Source of the DNA: Alphaproteobacteria bacterium
Lineage (GTDB): Bacteria; Pseudomonadota; Alphaproteobacteria; Rickettsiales; UBA1997
Direction: 5' to 3'
Length of the DNA: 64,000 bases
Assembly: GCA_014190355.1 (NCBI GenBank)
Contig: BJGH01000001.1
Location: 244,957-308,956 of the forward strand
Below are positions 21,707-32,855 of the stretch, one piece after another (positions within the stretch are counted from its first letter, which is position 1; the number at the start of each line of letters is the position of its first letter). Position numbers and translations under genes: made by a program. Under the pieces are notes generated by a model that saw only the letters and a program-made list of their open reading frames with translations, had not been told where the DNA came from and did no database searches.

Positions 21707-23266
21707 TTTTTTAATTTTATCCTTAAAAATAAATAACAATAAAATACCCATAATTAGCAACAAAGGATAGTTACCATATTGGTGATAAAAACTTTTATAA
21801 TCATTTTTAAATAACTTTACATCACTTACCCCTTCTTGATTTAAAGCAATTTTATCAACAATTCTTCCATAGCTATCAATACCTGCCGAAACTCCAGTTC
21901 CTGCAACTCTGATCATGGGAATTGAATATTCAATACTTCGCATTTGAGCATTGGCAAGATGTTGGTATGGTCCACTACTATTCTTAAACCATGCATCATT
22001 TGTAACGTTGATAAACAGATCGGGTTTTTGATTTTTATTAATAATTTCTGAAGAAAAAATTACTTCATAACAAATTAATGGATTAAATGAAAATTTATTA
22101 GTTTGCATGGTTTTTGCCCCAGCTCCTGAGCTAAATCCCATTCCCCCCCCAGTAATCTTATCAACAATATTATCAATAAATAAAAAAGATAAAAATTTTT
22201 GCAAAGGAACATATTCGCCAAACGGAACCAAATGATGTTTATCGTAACTATCAATTACCGATTTGTTATCAATAACAAAAACTGAATTAAAAATTTTTTC
22301 AATTTCTTGATTTTGATTACGCTCAACTCTTAACGCTCCAGTAATTAAGGTTGAGTTTTTTGAAGTGGCAAGTTTTAGAATTTTAAAAAGCTGATCGTTG
22401 TCTTCAATAATATATGGCACAGAAGATTCTGACCAAACAACTGCATCAATATTTTCCATTGATTTTGAACGAGTTAAATCAATATGCTTAATTAAATTTT
22501 GATATCTTTGTTCTTGATCCCATTTCATTTCTTGCCTTATATTAGCCTGAACCATCCTAATATTGATTGATTTAAGTGTATCAGCAAGTTTATTAGATGA
22601 TATTTTTACAAATCCATAACCAAAATTAACAACTACTAAAATTAATAAAATTACTAAAAAAATTTTATCAATTTTATGAATTTTTTTTTCAAGGAAATAA
22701 AGAGGTGTTAAGGTTATAATTACCATGAAAAAACTTAAAAAATAAACCCCAAAAATTGAAGCAATTTGTGAAAATGATAATGAAAACATCGCTGAATAGC
22801 CTAGCAAATTCCATGAGAATCCGCTAAAAAAAGTCGAACGCATCATCTCAATAATTACCCACAAAATTGCCAATAATAAAATTTTTTGAAAAAGATATTT
22901 TGCTGAATAATCTTGTAAAAACTTATAAGCTATAGCAAGTAAGCCAAAATATAATGCCAAAAAAAAGGGGATAATTGTTAACGCAAAAGGGATCAACCAA
23001 GCAAATTTAACAAAATCAACCATCAAAGAAATAGCAATCCAATAAATTCCTGATAAAAAATAACCATAACCAAAAATGATACCATGGAAAAAAGATGTTT
23101 TATAAGTTTGTGAATTAGTGATTAACAAATAAAAAACTGGTAGTGATAAAAATAAAATTACAGCAAGATTAAGTGGAGCAAAAGCAAGGGCTGAAACAAT
23201 TCCCGCTATGAAGGCAATTTTTTTTGGATGACTTAAAATTAAGTTTTCAAATTGTTGTTTTAGCAT
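21692..23266 (-). CDS. lnt: Apolipoprotein N-acyltransferase
   Basis: WSES, YDKHHLVPFGEYVP, ICYE, NVTNDAWF, GPYQH. Confidence 0.96.
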   Translation of the reverse strand: MLKQQFENLILSHPKKIAFIAGIVSALAFAPLNLAVILFLSLPVFYLLITNSQTYKTSFFHGIIFGYGYFLSGIYWIAISLMVDFVKFAWLIPFALTIIPFFLALYFGLLAIAYKFLQDYSAKYLFQKILLLAILWVIIEMMRSTFFSGFSWNLLGYSAMFSLSFSQIASIFGVYFLSFFMVIITLTPLYFLEKKIHKIDKIFLVILLILVVVNFGYGFVKISSNKLADTLKSINIRMVQANIRQEMKWDQEQRYQNLIKHIDLTRSKSMENIDAVVWSESSVPYIIEDNDQLFKILKLATSKNSTLITGALRVERNQNQEIEKIFNSVFVIDNKSVIDSYDKHHLVPFGEYVPLQKFLSFLFIDNIVDKITGGGMGFSSGAGAKTMQTNKFSFNPLICYEVIFSSEIINKNQKPDLFINVTNDAWFKNSSGPYQHLANAQMRSIEYSIPMIRVAGTGVSAGIDSYGRIVDKIALNQEGVSDVKLFKNDYKSFYHQYGNYPLLLIMGILLLFIFKDKIKKLANR

Positions 23267-23438
23267 ATGTTTCTTGGGTTGCTATTTTTTTAAAGGTAAA
23301 AGCTGTCTAATAAATTTATTTCTTTAATAATATTTAATAATTTTTTAAAAATTTTTAAAATTCATTTTTTCCTTTAAAATTAATAACTTATTTTAAGAAC
23401 TATAAAAAAATTGAAGAGATTTAAATTTTAATTAAAAG

Positions 23439-25478
23439 TTAATTTTTTTTTCTTAAAAAAACAAAATCTTGTTGAAAAATTTTGTTATCTTCATACAAAA
23501 TTATTGATTTATTTTTAAAAACATAGTTTTTAAAGCTTTGATTTTTAGGCTTATAAATGCGATTAATTACACCCAAATAATCGAAATTTTTCTTAATTTT
23601 TTCTGTAATTTCGCTATTACCCCTAAAAATAACCTCAAGATAATTTATTGAACAGCTTTTTTTATATGACTCTTGTTGATCTGAATTTTCAGAATTGGAT
23701 ATTATTATCAATTTGTAATTAGGGTTATTTAAATTTTCATCAATATCCTTCATAGAATAATTAATGAAATCAATTTTATTATTATCAATTATTTCATTAT
23801 AAACTTTAGATTTGTCTGAAATTATTGGGTGAGATGAAATTTTATTTAGACTATCTTTGCCTAGGTAAAGATAGATCGGAAATCTATTAACATTGTGTCC
23901 AAAATTAATTACATGATCGTCGGGATTTGGAGCTAATTTTTTAATAACCCTATATACTCGGTCATGATTATAATTTGGAGTTCTATGGATGTATTTTTCA
24001 AAAAGTGCGGTAAAGATACTACTTGATAAAAAAAGAAAACTTACCAACAACGAAGAAAAAATTATAATTACGCTAATTACATTTAAAAAAGGAGACCTAA
24101 AAGAATTTATTTTTTTTTCAAAAAAAGAACAGCAAAATATTAAGTAAAAACTGTTAAATAAAATTATTAAATCAGATAATCTTTTTTTTGAGTTAACATA
24201 TTTAATTAAAAAAAACATAATAATTATTGCACAAAAATAACAAGCAAAAAATTTTAATAAATCCTTTCGATTTACAACCTTCAAATCATAAAATTTATAA
24301 ACAATTATAGGCATTAATAACCATAAAATCCAAAAGATAGAATTTAACCCGAAAACAATTGAATAAGCAAATTTATTATTAGCTAAACTAAAGAAAAAAA
24401 TCGCAAATAAAATAAATTTATTTCTCAATGGAGAAAAAAATTGCCAAAATTCTTTTTTACTAAATAAATGTGATAAAAAAATAAAATAACAAAAGAAAAA
24501 AACTGATACCTGATCATCGCTAATCAAACCCTCCAAACAAAGCACTAATAATCCACTCAAAAATAAAACAACAAAAATCTTAAAATTAAAATCCAGTTCT
24601 TTTAAGCGTGAAGTTATTAATAGAATTGAAATAGTAGGTGTTGCAATCATAGTAGTTAAAATTTCAATTCTACTAAAATAATTTTTAAAATTTACATAAG
24701 GACTATAAATAACAGACCACAGAGGAGCATTATAAACAAAATAATCACCCTCTTGATAAATTAACCAATTCAAGGCTATTAAGCCGATCATTATCGCAAA
24801 TAAATTGTCAATTTTAATAAAGAATCGCCAACTTTTATTATTCCAAAACCTTAAGCCTTCAATTAAGATTGGGAAAACAATGTAATGAGGTTTAAAACAT
24901 GGCATTATTGCCATTAGAGTTCCCCGACAAAATAAATCAAATTTTGATAGCTCTTGCTTCATCTCAAAACTATAAATGAGATATAAAAACAAACTACACA
25001 TTATGAAACTTGATTTAGTTCCTATTTCAAAAAAATGTATTGAAGTTGTTCTCAGTAAAAAACCAATAAAGAATGATAATAATAAAAGATTACTAGCTAT
25101 CTTATTATCGCCGTATTTAGTTTTTTTTAGAATTTTTACTGCACAAAACACCGTAGCAAAGAATAGCAACCAGATAAAAAAAGTCGACATTAAGATTCGA
25201 TTGAAACCAGTCCATTGATAAATTTTATACTGCAAAGCATATAAGTAAAAATTAAAAGGAAGATTACTTTCAAAAATATCGTCATAGAACTTCCCTCCAT
25301 TGGCTATTTTTCTACCAATATCAATGTATATTCCAGTATCAGGACCAATATCTACACAAGATGAAATTAATACATGAAAAGCATAGACTGCGGTTAATGT
25401 CGAAAAGAAAAAAGCCTTTGATTCGCAAAAGCTTTTAAATTTTGTTAATTTATTTGCGAAGAAGTATGTGGAAATCAT
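23439..25478 (-). CDS. Multi-pass membrane protein, GT-C (ArnT/PMT-like) glycosyltransferase candidate
   Basis: First loop D...Y...G..I..G...Y.D.FE.N.P; KPHY after a TM; many TMs; soluble C-terminal domain. Confidence 0.55.
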   Translation of the reverse strand: MISTYFFANKLTKFKSFCESKAFFFSTLTAVYAFHVLISSCVDIGPDTGIYIDIGRKIANGGKFYDDIFESNLPFNFYLYALQYKIYQWTGFNRILMSTFFIWLLFFATVFCAVKILKKTKYGDNKIASNLLLLSFFIGFLLRTTSIHFFEIGTKSSFIMCSLFLYLIYSFEMKQELSKFDLFCRGTLMAIMPCFKPHYIVFPILIEGLRFWNNKSWRFFIKIDNLFAIMIGLIALNWLIYQEGDYFVYNAPLWSVIYSPYVNFKNYFSRIEILTTMIATPTISILLITSRLKELDFNFKIFVVLFLSGLLVLCLEGLISDDQVSVFFFCYFIFLSHLFSKKEFWQFFSPLRNKFILFAIFFFSLANNKFAYSIVFGLNSIFWILWLLMPIIVYKFYDLKVVNRKDLLKFFACYFCAIIIMFFLIKYVNSKKRLSDLIILFNSFYLIFCCSFFEKKINSFRSPFLNVISVIIIFSSLLVSFLFLSSSIFTALFEKYIHRTPNYNHDRVYRVIKKLAPNPDDHVINFGHNVNRFPIYLYLGKDSLNKISSHPIISDKSKVYNEIIDNNKIDFINYSMKDIDENLNNPNYKLIIISNSENSDQQESYKKSCSINYLEVIFRGNSEITEKIKKNFDYLGVINRIYKPKNQSFKNYVFKNKSIILYEDNKIFQQDFVFLRKKN

Positions 25479-27561
25479 AAATTAAGTAATTTTCTTCAAT
25501 GTTTGAGTTATCTGTTTTATTATTATAAAAATTATAATTTTTTAATGAAGAATATGCGAGCTTAAAACTTCCAGAAAAATTTAAATTTTTCCTAAAAAAA
25601 GTTTTAAATTCAGCAATTCTTGATAATTCTTCAAAGTTTGAAATTAAACATGACTTATTATTAAAAATAAAACTGTTATTGATAATAAAGATTTTATTTT
25701 TTTTATTTGTTATTTTTGATAAAATATCAGAATTTTTAAAATTGTTAATCAAAATAATATTTTTTGGAGAAATATTATTATTTTTTTCCAGTAATTTTGC
25801 ATCTAATAATTGTTGGTTATCAATTATAATAATCACATCGTCTTGCCTTGCATTACTGTTAATTTTATTAACCAAATATGAATTTAAATATTTTTTTTGC
25901 TTAGTAAATTCAGAATGAAAATTATAATTTGATAGTTCAAAAAAATTTAGTGATAGAATAGTATAGTAGACAAAAGTCATGACTACAACTATAGTTAACA
26001 AGAAGTGAAAATGGTCATTTTTTAAAAATTTTTGGTTTATTTTATTAAAAAAAACCAACTGCCATGAAAAAAAGCCAACACTTATAAACCATGCTACAAA
26101 AAAACTAAAATAAAATTGACAATATATTAAAGTTACAACTATCAATCCAAAGAAAATTTTATAATGAATTTTTTTTAAAAAATAAAAGTTTTCAATTAAA
26201 TTTAAATTTTTTAAATCATTGCTGGATATTTTTTTTGATAATTTTCTTAACAAAATTAAATGAATTATAAACCAAGAAAAAGGTAAATAAAAAAATATTT
26301 CAAAAAAAACCTTATAGTCACCTAAAGCAATTGAAATAAGCAATAACAATACTATTCCATATTTTCTAAAATTAAAATTTTGATTAATAATTGAAGCAAT
26401 AAAAATAAAAAATACTAATGAAAAATTTATTGTTAAAAACAATAATTTTAATATTTTATCATCATAACCAACTATCAAAATCATTGCAAAACTAGCTACA
26501 AAAAAACTATCGAAAAATTTATCTAAAATAATTATATCAGCTGAACTTAAGCTTGAATTTAGATATTTTTTCTTAGTAATTTTAAAAATTATTATTAACC
26601 AAAAAATTAGTAAAATCTCTCTAGACAATATTACATAAAAACCAAGTGAGTTATTTTCTCGATATAATTTATTTAAAATTTGGCTAGAAAAAAACTTATA
26701 ATTTTCAAAATCAAAAGTCTTTATCTGATTAATAACATCATTTATGCTAAATATTTTTTGATGCAAAACCAAAACCACCAATATGGTCAAAGTTATTAAT
26801 ATTCTCGCTGTTAAATTTAAAAAATATCTCAACTTAACGGCCATCAATTTATTGGAATCAAAACTATACTTAATTAGCTCACGCTTTAGACAAAATAATT
26901 TCAAAAATTCATGAGCAAAAAACAAAAAAAATAGCTGCCATTTACTTATTACCATCAGAATAAATGATAATATTGCTGTTAAATTAACAAAAAAATTAGT
27001 CTTTACATTTTCCCTTAGCGATAAAGTAATATAAATAATAACCAAGAATTTTAAATAAAATAACTCAAAACTAAATAATGTTAAATTGAAACCAAAAAAA
27101 TAACAAAAAATTAATGAAAAAAATAGCAGATTTTTAGAAAAAACATTTGATGATAAAGCAGAATTAGTTAGATTTCGTGAAACTATATACATTAAAAAAA
27201 CTCCACAACCAATATATATTATTTCTGCCAATAAGAAGTGATTAAAAGAATTATTTTCAACAACTTTCTCAAGGTAATTCAAAATAACTACTAAGGGGGA
27301 AAATTCATTGGAAAAATTTGCTGAATAATTAATAAATCTAAAATTTGTTTGGTCATGCAAAAAAATCCAACGCCAAACTAAACTTAAAATTATTGCAAAA
27401 AAACCAAAGAATTTTTGAGAATTTTTAGCAAAACAAAAATTTTTAAAATTATTAAAAAAATTATCATATATTTTTTTTAAAAAATTAGCAAATTTTTGAC
27501 CATTTTTAAGACGACATTCTTCAATAGAATGCCATAATTCAAGTAAATAAAAATATCCCAT
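25450..27561 (-). CDS. Multi-pass membrane protein, diverged paralog of the neighbouring gene
   Basis: Similar size and TM architecture; C-terminal SCLISNFEE...FFRKNLNFSG aligns by eye with SCSINYLEV...IKKNFDYLG. Confidence 0.5.
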   Translation of the reverse strand: MGYFYLLELWHSIEECRLKNGQKFANFLKKIYDNFFNNFKNFCFAKNSQKFFGFFAIILSLVWRWIFLHDQTNFRFINYSANFSNEFSPLVVILNYLEKVVENNSFNHFLLAEIIYIGCGVFLMYIVSRNLTNSALSSNVFSKNLLFFSLIFCYFFGFNLTLFSFELFYLKFLVIIYITLSLRENVKTNFFVNLTAILSFILMVISKWQLFFLFFAHEFLKLFCLKRELIKYSFDSNKLMAVKLRYFLNLTARILITLTILVVLVLHQKIFSINDVINQIKTFDFENYKFFSSQILNKLYRENNSLGFYVILSREILLIFWLIIIFKITKKKYLNSSLSSADIIILDKFFDSFFVASFAMILIVGYDDKILKLLFLTINFSLVFFIFIASIINQNFNFRKYGIVLLLLISIALGDYKVFFEIFFYLPFSWFIIHLILLRKLSKKISSNDLKNLNLIENFYFLKKIHYKIFFGLIVVTLIYCQFYFSFFVAWFISVGFFSWQLVFFNKINQKFLKNDHFHFLLTIVVVMTFVYYTILSLNFFELSNYNFHSEFTKQKKYLNSYLVNKINSNARQDDVIIIIDNQQLLDAKLLEKNNNISPKNIILINNFKNSDILSKITNKKNKIFIINNSFIFNNKSCLISNFEELSRIAEFKTFFRKNLNFSGSFKLAYSSLKNYNFYNNKTDNSNIEENYLIYDFHILLRK

Positions 27562-27663
27562 CTAACGCAACAAATAAAGGATTGAAAGTTAATTATTTTT
27601 TTATTAAAATTTAAGTAATAAATTTAAAATTTTAATAATTAACTCCCATTTTACATCTTAAAA

Positions 27664-29151
27664 ATGACAAAAACAATTACAATTGCTTACGGTGATGGCA
27701 TAGGCCCTGAAATAATGGATAGCACTATAGAAATTCTTCAGCAGGCCAAAGCGCAACTTGACTTCAATATTATCGAAGTTGGAAAAAATATTTATGAAAA
27801 AGGTTTTAACTCAGGTTTAATGCCATCCGCATGGGATGATTTGAACAACACCAAAATTCTTCTTAAAGCTCCCATTACCACTCCCCAAGGTGGAGGATAT
27901 AAAAGCCTTAATGTTACTCTTAGAAAAAAACTAGGCCTTTTTGCTAATGTTCGTCCCGTAAGCTCTTTTCACCCATTTGTCAAAACAAATTTTTCACAAC
28001 TTGATGTCGTTGTTATTCGTGAAAATGAAGAAGATCTATACGCTGGAATTGAGCATCGCCAAACCGAGCAAAGTTATCAATGCCTTAAACTTGTTACCAA
28101 ACAAGGCTGTGAAAAAATTATCCGTTATGCTTTTGAGTATGCAATTGCTAATAATCGTAAAAAAGTTAGTTGTTTTTCTAAAGACAATATTATGAAAATT
28201 ACTGATGGTTTATTTCACAAAACTTTTGATGAAATTGCTAAAGAATATCCACAAATTCAAACAGATCATTACATCATTGACATTGCTTGCGCAAGGCTTG
28301 CTACCAAACCCCAGATTTTTGATGTGATCGTTACTATGAATTTATATGGCGATATTATTTCTGACATTGTTGCTGAAATTTCAGGATCAGTGGGATTGGC
28401 AGGTTCAGCCAATATTGGCAAAGAATATGCGATGTTTGAAGCAATCCATGGTTCAGCTCCTGACATTGCTGAAAAAGATATTGCCAATCCTAGTGGTCTA
28501 ATTCAAGCTGCAATTATGATGCTTGTTCATCTCAATCAAACTCAGAGTGCAAACCTAATCCATAATGCACTTTATCGAACTATCGAAGATGGCATTCATA
28601 CCGCAGATATCTTCAATTCATCAACCAGCAAAAAACAAGTTGGATGCAAGGAGTTCACTAAAGCAGTTATTGCCAATTTTGGTAATCAACCAAAGCAATT
28701 AAAAATTGCTAATTATAGTGAAAACTCAAAGAAAACTATTATAAGCTCTCAAAATTTAATCAAATATGTTGCCAACAAAACTTTAATTGGATTTGACTTA
28801 TTTATTGACTGGAATCAAGATTTTCAATCACTCCTTAATAAATTAAAAACTTTAGAAAGTGAAAAATTTGAAATTAAGATGATTAGTGCTATGGGTTTAC
28901 TTTTATGGCCATTAATTGATCAACATCAAATGCCTAACTACAATCAAGGTCTTACCATTCTTCGCTTTATTGGTAAAGGAATTACCGGCAAAAATAGTCA
29001 TGATATTATCAACACCGATATTAAAATCCTTAATCAAGATATTATTGCCATGATTGATTTGATTGATCAAAGCAAAATTGATTTTGTAAAATATGAAGGT
29101 TTATACCTTTTTGACAATAAACCAGCTTTTAGCTCAGGTCAGGGCGAGTAA
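27664..29151 (+). CDS. icd: Isocitrate dehydrogenase (NADP), Rickettsia-type with C-terminal extension
   Basis: GDGIGPEI, KAPITTPQGGGYKSLNV, RENEEDLY, NLYGDI, FEAIHGSAPDIA; ends FSSGQGE. Confidence 0.95.
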   Translation: MTKTITIAYGDGIGPEIMDSTIEILQQAKAQLDFNIIEVGKNIYEKGFNSGLMPSAWDDLNNTKILLKAPITTPQGGGYKSLNVTLRKKLGLFANVRPVSSFHPFVKTNFSQLDVVVIRENEEDLYAGIEHRQTEQSYQCLKLVTKQGCEKIIRYAFEYAIANNRKKVSCFSKDNIMKITDGLFHKTFDEIAKEYPQIQTDHYIIDIACARLATKPQIFDVIVTMNLYGDIISDIVAEISGSVGLAGSANIGKEYAMFEAIHGSAPDIAEKDIANPSGLIQAAIMMLVHLNQTQSANLIHNALYRTIEDGIHTADIFNSSTSKKQVGCKEFTKAVIANFGNQPKQLKIANYSENSKKTIISSQNLIKYVANKTLIGFDLFIDWNQDFQSLLNKLKTLESEKFEIKMISAMGLLLWPLIDQHQMPNYNQGLTILRFIGKGITGKNSHDIINTDIKILNQDIIAMIDLIDQSKIDFVKYEGLYLFDNKPAFSSGQGE

Positions 29152-29422
29152 ATTGCAAACGATATTAAAAAAAATTTTCTAAAAATTCCCCTCGATTAAT
29201 TATCGCATCCAAGGAATTTAATTAAGTAATTTATTTTAGGCAATTCTAGCAATTTCACATAAGGAATTTAGCTTTGTTAAGAAATTTACTTTACATAACT
29301 TCTTAGCTATTTTTCTATTAAAAAATTTCGTTTAATGTTGATTTTTAAAACAAAACAAACTTGCAAAAATAATTTGCTAGAATATTTTTAGTTAATGAAC
29401 TCACAAAACATCATTTAATAAA

Positions 29423-30676
29423 ATGAAATTTATTGACAGCATTGAAAAAACTATTACTAGTCCAAGCCTTTACTGGCAGTCGCTCTCACTTGCCTTGTGT
29501 TTTATTGCCTCGTATTTCTTTACTAGCCTAATCAAAGACAATATCATTCCCAAAATCAGTGCTTCTTCAAACCAAGGTAATGAATTAATAAGGGTTTTCC
29601 GTAGATATTTTTTACCAATTCTCTTTCCTCTTACTTCAATATTTTTTATCATTATTGGCCTAGCAATATACAAGCAATTCTTCCGTGAAGCAATAATTTT
29701 TTCAACTACCATTAAACTAATTGCCTTATTTTTATTTTTACGTTTTATTAGAGTTTCTGCCAATAGTACTTTTATTGCTAATGCCGTAGGTTTTTTTTTA
29801 ATGCCTGCTTTACTTCTTCATATTTTCGGCATTCTTGACCCTGCCCTTGAATATCTTGATGAATTATCTTTTAAAATTGGTAAGGTAAAAATTTCTCTAT
29901 ATTTAATCATTAAAGCAATCATCGTTTTGATTATTGTTTTTTGGCTCTCAAATTTAATTTCTCGTAAAAGTAAATCTTATATCGATAGCAATAAAAGTAT
30001 CAAATCAAGCACTAAAAGCATTATCAGTAAATTTATTGATATTTTAGTTTACAGTATTGTAGCGATAATAATCTTAAAAACCTTTGGCTTTGATATGACC
30101 ACTCTAGCAGTAATTGGAGGTGCAGTAGGTGTAGGGATTGGATTTGGTTTGCAAAAAATTGCCTCGAATTTTATCAGTGGCATAATTTTACTTTTTGAAA
30201 AATCAGTTGAAGTTGGTGATATTGTTGAATTAGATAACGGTTCAATTTATGGTACTGTTAAACATTTTGGAGGTAGATATACTTTAGTTGAATGCTCCGA
30301 TGGCCGTGAAATTATGATCCCCAATGAAGAATTTATTATTAACAAAGTTACCAACTGGACATACTCAAATAATCGAGCACGCATTGAAATAAAAGTCAGC
30401 GTTGCCTATGGTAGTGATTTAGAAAAAACCAAAAATATTATCGCTAGCTGTGCTAAAAGCTATTCGCGATGCATGACCTATCCTGAAGTGGAGTGCTATG
30501 TTACCGATTTTGCCGAAAGCGAAATTCGTTATGTTTTATATTTTTGGATCAATGATATTACTGAAGGTAGAGCCAATGCTAAAAGCGATGTTATGAATTT
30601 GGTTTACAAAAAACTTGAAGAAAATAACATCAAAATCCCATTACCGCAACGCGAACTAACAATAACTAATAAGTAA
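29423..30676 (+). CDS. Small-conductance mechanosensitive channel (MscS family)
   Basis: GAVGVGIGFGLQKIASNFISGIILL, VGD, IPNE, VTNW, VSVAYGSD, IPLPQRE. Confidence 0.93.
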   Translation: MKFIDSIEKTITSPSLYWQSLSLALCFIASYFFTSLIKDNIIPKISASSNQGNELIRVFRRYFLPILFPLTSIFFIIIGLAIYKQFFREAIIFSTTIKLIALFLFLRFIRVSANSTFIANAVGFFLMPALLLHIFGILDPALEYLDELSFKIGKVKISLYLIIKAIIVLIIVFWLSNLISRKSKSYIDSNKSIKSSTKSIISKFIDILVYSIVAIIILKTFGFDMTTLAVIGGAVGVGIGFGLQKIASNFISGIILLFEKSVEVGDIVELDNGSIYGTVKHFGGRYTLVECSDGREIMIPNEEFIINKVTNWTYSNNRARIEIKVSVAYGSDLEKTKNIIASCAKSYSRCMTYPEVECYVTDFAESEIRYVLYFWINDITEGRANAKSDVMNLVYKKLEENNIKIPLPQRELTITNK

Positions 30677-30795
30677 AATTAAAATAATTTTTTAATATTT
30701 AAAATTAAAAAATTTACAAAATGTTAGATTTTGTATTTACTATTAACTTTTAATTAACAAATTTTTTTATAATTAATTTATTTCCCATTTTCTAA

Positions 30796-31503
30796 TTATA
30801 AAACTGAACTCAGTCCACCTGAAGCTTTTAAAGCTCTTGATTTAGTAAAATCAATATAATTAAATAAATTTTGCAATTTATCTTTTGATAAACCACTTGC
30901 CTGTGCTGCTCCTGCTAATGATTGATACCTATAGCCAAAATCATCCTTTTCTTCTAACTTATTTGCGATAGAACTTGCCTTTTTCCTTAATTCAAAAATA
31001 TCACTAGAGTAATTTTCCAAAGAATATTTTCTTAAATCTTCAACTGTTTTATCTCTTTGCTCTTGAGAAAGAGGGAGTCCATATTTAGGAGTTGTTCCAG
31101 TAATCATGTCCATATAATCAGTAATAAAGCCGGGGGTTTCTTGACCAGTGAAATATTTCGTTGCTTTTGAGATTTCAGACCCCATACCGCCTTCTCTACT
31201 TCTGGCCATTTCATTCATTTGACGCACATCTTGTGAAATATCTTTTATTTCTTCTTTGTCAGGAGCAAAAACCAAAGCTAGGTTTCTAAATATATTACCT
31301 TGGTTATTTGGTTTTACTTGAGAAGAAGCTTTTATAGTATTATCTTTTAATTTATCTAGGTTATTTGGTTTTATTGGAGAAGAATCTTGTCTAGTATGAT
31401 ATTTTGTTTTAACTGCTTTTCTATCCTTGCCCGAACATGCACTAAACAATGCCTCAAAAAATCCACCAAGTTGCTCCAAGGGGTTGTCATTTTTACTTGT
31501 CAT
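30796..31503 (-). CDS. Hypothetical protein (orphan)
   Basis: 235-aa ORF filling the gap between flanking genes; no motif recognised. Confidence 0.7.
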   Translation of the reverse strand: MTSKNDNPLEQLGGFFEALFSACSGKDRKAVKTKYHTRQDSSPIKPNNLDKLKDNTIKASSQVKPNNQGNIFRNLALVFAPDKEEIKDISQDVRQMNEMARSREGGMGSEISKATKYFTGQETPGFITDYMDMITGTTPKYGLPLSQEQRDKTVEDLRKYSLENYSSDIFELRKKASSIANKLEEKDDFGYRYQSLAGAAQASGLSKDKLQNLFNYIDFTKSRALKASGGLSSVL

Positions 31504-31694
31504 ATCTAAAATATTAAAAAAAATTAATAATTTTTCAATAATTTAAGAAGATTATTTTTTTTAATTAACTAATTTCTTTTATCCAATTTCATTTTGTTAC
31601 AATTTCATCATGCTATTTACTCTTGAAAAAAATTATTTTTTTTCTTGATGTTTATTTTTTATGGCAGTTAAAATCTAATAAAAAAAATAAAATT

Positions 31695-32783
31695 ATGACA
31701 CAAGATCATAAAAATTTAAATTCAATCCATCATTCTCAAGCAATTCCTGCTAAAGGAATTGCCGTTAAATCTGCTAAAGCAAATTTTGTAAATTTTAATT
31801 TTGAACGTCGAAACCCAAAAGAACATGATGTGGTAATAGATATAAAATTTTGTGGAATTTGTCATTCCGATATTCATCAAGCTCGTTCTGAATGGTTTCC
31901 AGGAATTTATCCAATGGTTCCAGGGCATGAAATCGCTGGAATTGTTCGTGAGGTTGGAACAAAAGTTAGCAAATATAAAATTGGCGATCGCGTTGGTGTT
32001 GGTTGTTTTGTTGACTCATGTCGAACCTGTCACAATTGCGAAAATGATTTGGATAATTATTGCTTAAATGGCAATACCCTCACCTACAATAGCTTGGAAA
32101 AAGACAACAAAACTCCAACTTATGGAGGTTATAGCGATGTCATAGTTGTTGATGAAAATTATGTTTTAAAAATTCCTGACAATATTAGTCTCGACAAAGC
32201 TGCACCATTACTTTGCGCTGGAGTCACTTTATACTCCCCCTTAAAAAATTGGCATACTAAAAAAGATTCCAAAGTAGCAATAATTGGCATGGGTGGACTT
32301 GGGCATATGGGTTTAAAACTAGCTGTAGCAATGCAAGCCCAAACTATTGTTTTTAGTCATAGCGAGCGTAAAAAAAACGATGCCTTAAAAATGGGAGCAA
32401 GTGATTTTGTAATTGCTAATGCTGAAAATTTTAGCAAATATCAAAGTTATTTTGATTTGATAATCAACACTGTATCCTCATCTGAAATCAATCTTTCAGA
32501 ATATTTTAATCTTTTAAAATTCGATGCTACTTTAGTAGCAATTGGGGCACCTGACAAGCCTTACGCTATTAATCCATTTCCTTTAATCATGATGCGAAGA
32601 AAATTTGCAGGATCAGTGATTGGCTCGATTAGTGAAACTCAAGAAATGCTTGATTTTTGCGGTCAACACAATATCACTCCTGAAATTGAAATAATATCGC
32701 CCAGCTATGTTGATCAAGCTTATCAAAGAATGTTAAAAAGTGATGTTAGATACCGATTTGTAATTGATATGAGTAAATTATAG
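31695..32783 (+). CDS. Zn-dependent NAD(P)H alcohol dehydrogenase (CAD/YahK-like)
   Basis: CGICHSD, PGHEIAG, CxxCxxC...C, APLLCAG, GMGGLGH, YRFVID. ATG 31695 preferred over TTG 31623. Confidence 0.93.
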   Translation: MTQDHKNLNSIHHSQAIPAKGIAVKSAKANFVNFNFERRNPKEHDVVIDIKFCGICHSDIHQARSEWFPGIYPMVPGHEIAGIVREVGTKVSKYKIGDRVGVGCFVDSCRTCHNCENDLDNYCLNGNTLTYNSLEKDNKTPTYGGYSDVIVVDENYVLKIPDNISLDKAAPLLCAGVTLYSPLKNWHTKKDSKVAIIGMGGLGHMGLKLAVAMQAQTIVFSHSERKKNDALKMGASDFVIANAENFSKYQSYFDLIINTVSSSEINLSEYFNLLKFDATLVAIGAPDKPYAINPFPLIMMRRKFAGSVIGSISETQEMLDFCGQHNITPEIEIISPSYVDQAYQRMLKSDVRYRFVIDMSKL

Positions 32784-32855
32784 TTTATTCTAACAAGATA
32801 TAATTAATCATAAAAATTTAAATATTTTTAACTAATTTACAAAAATTTTTAATAA

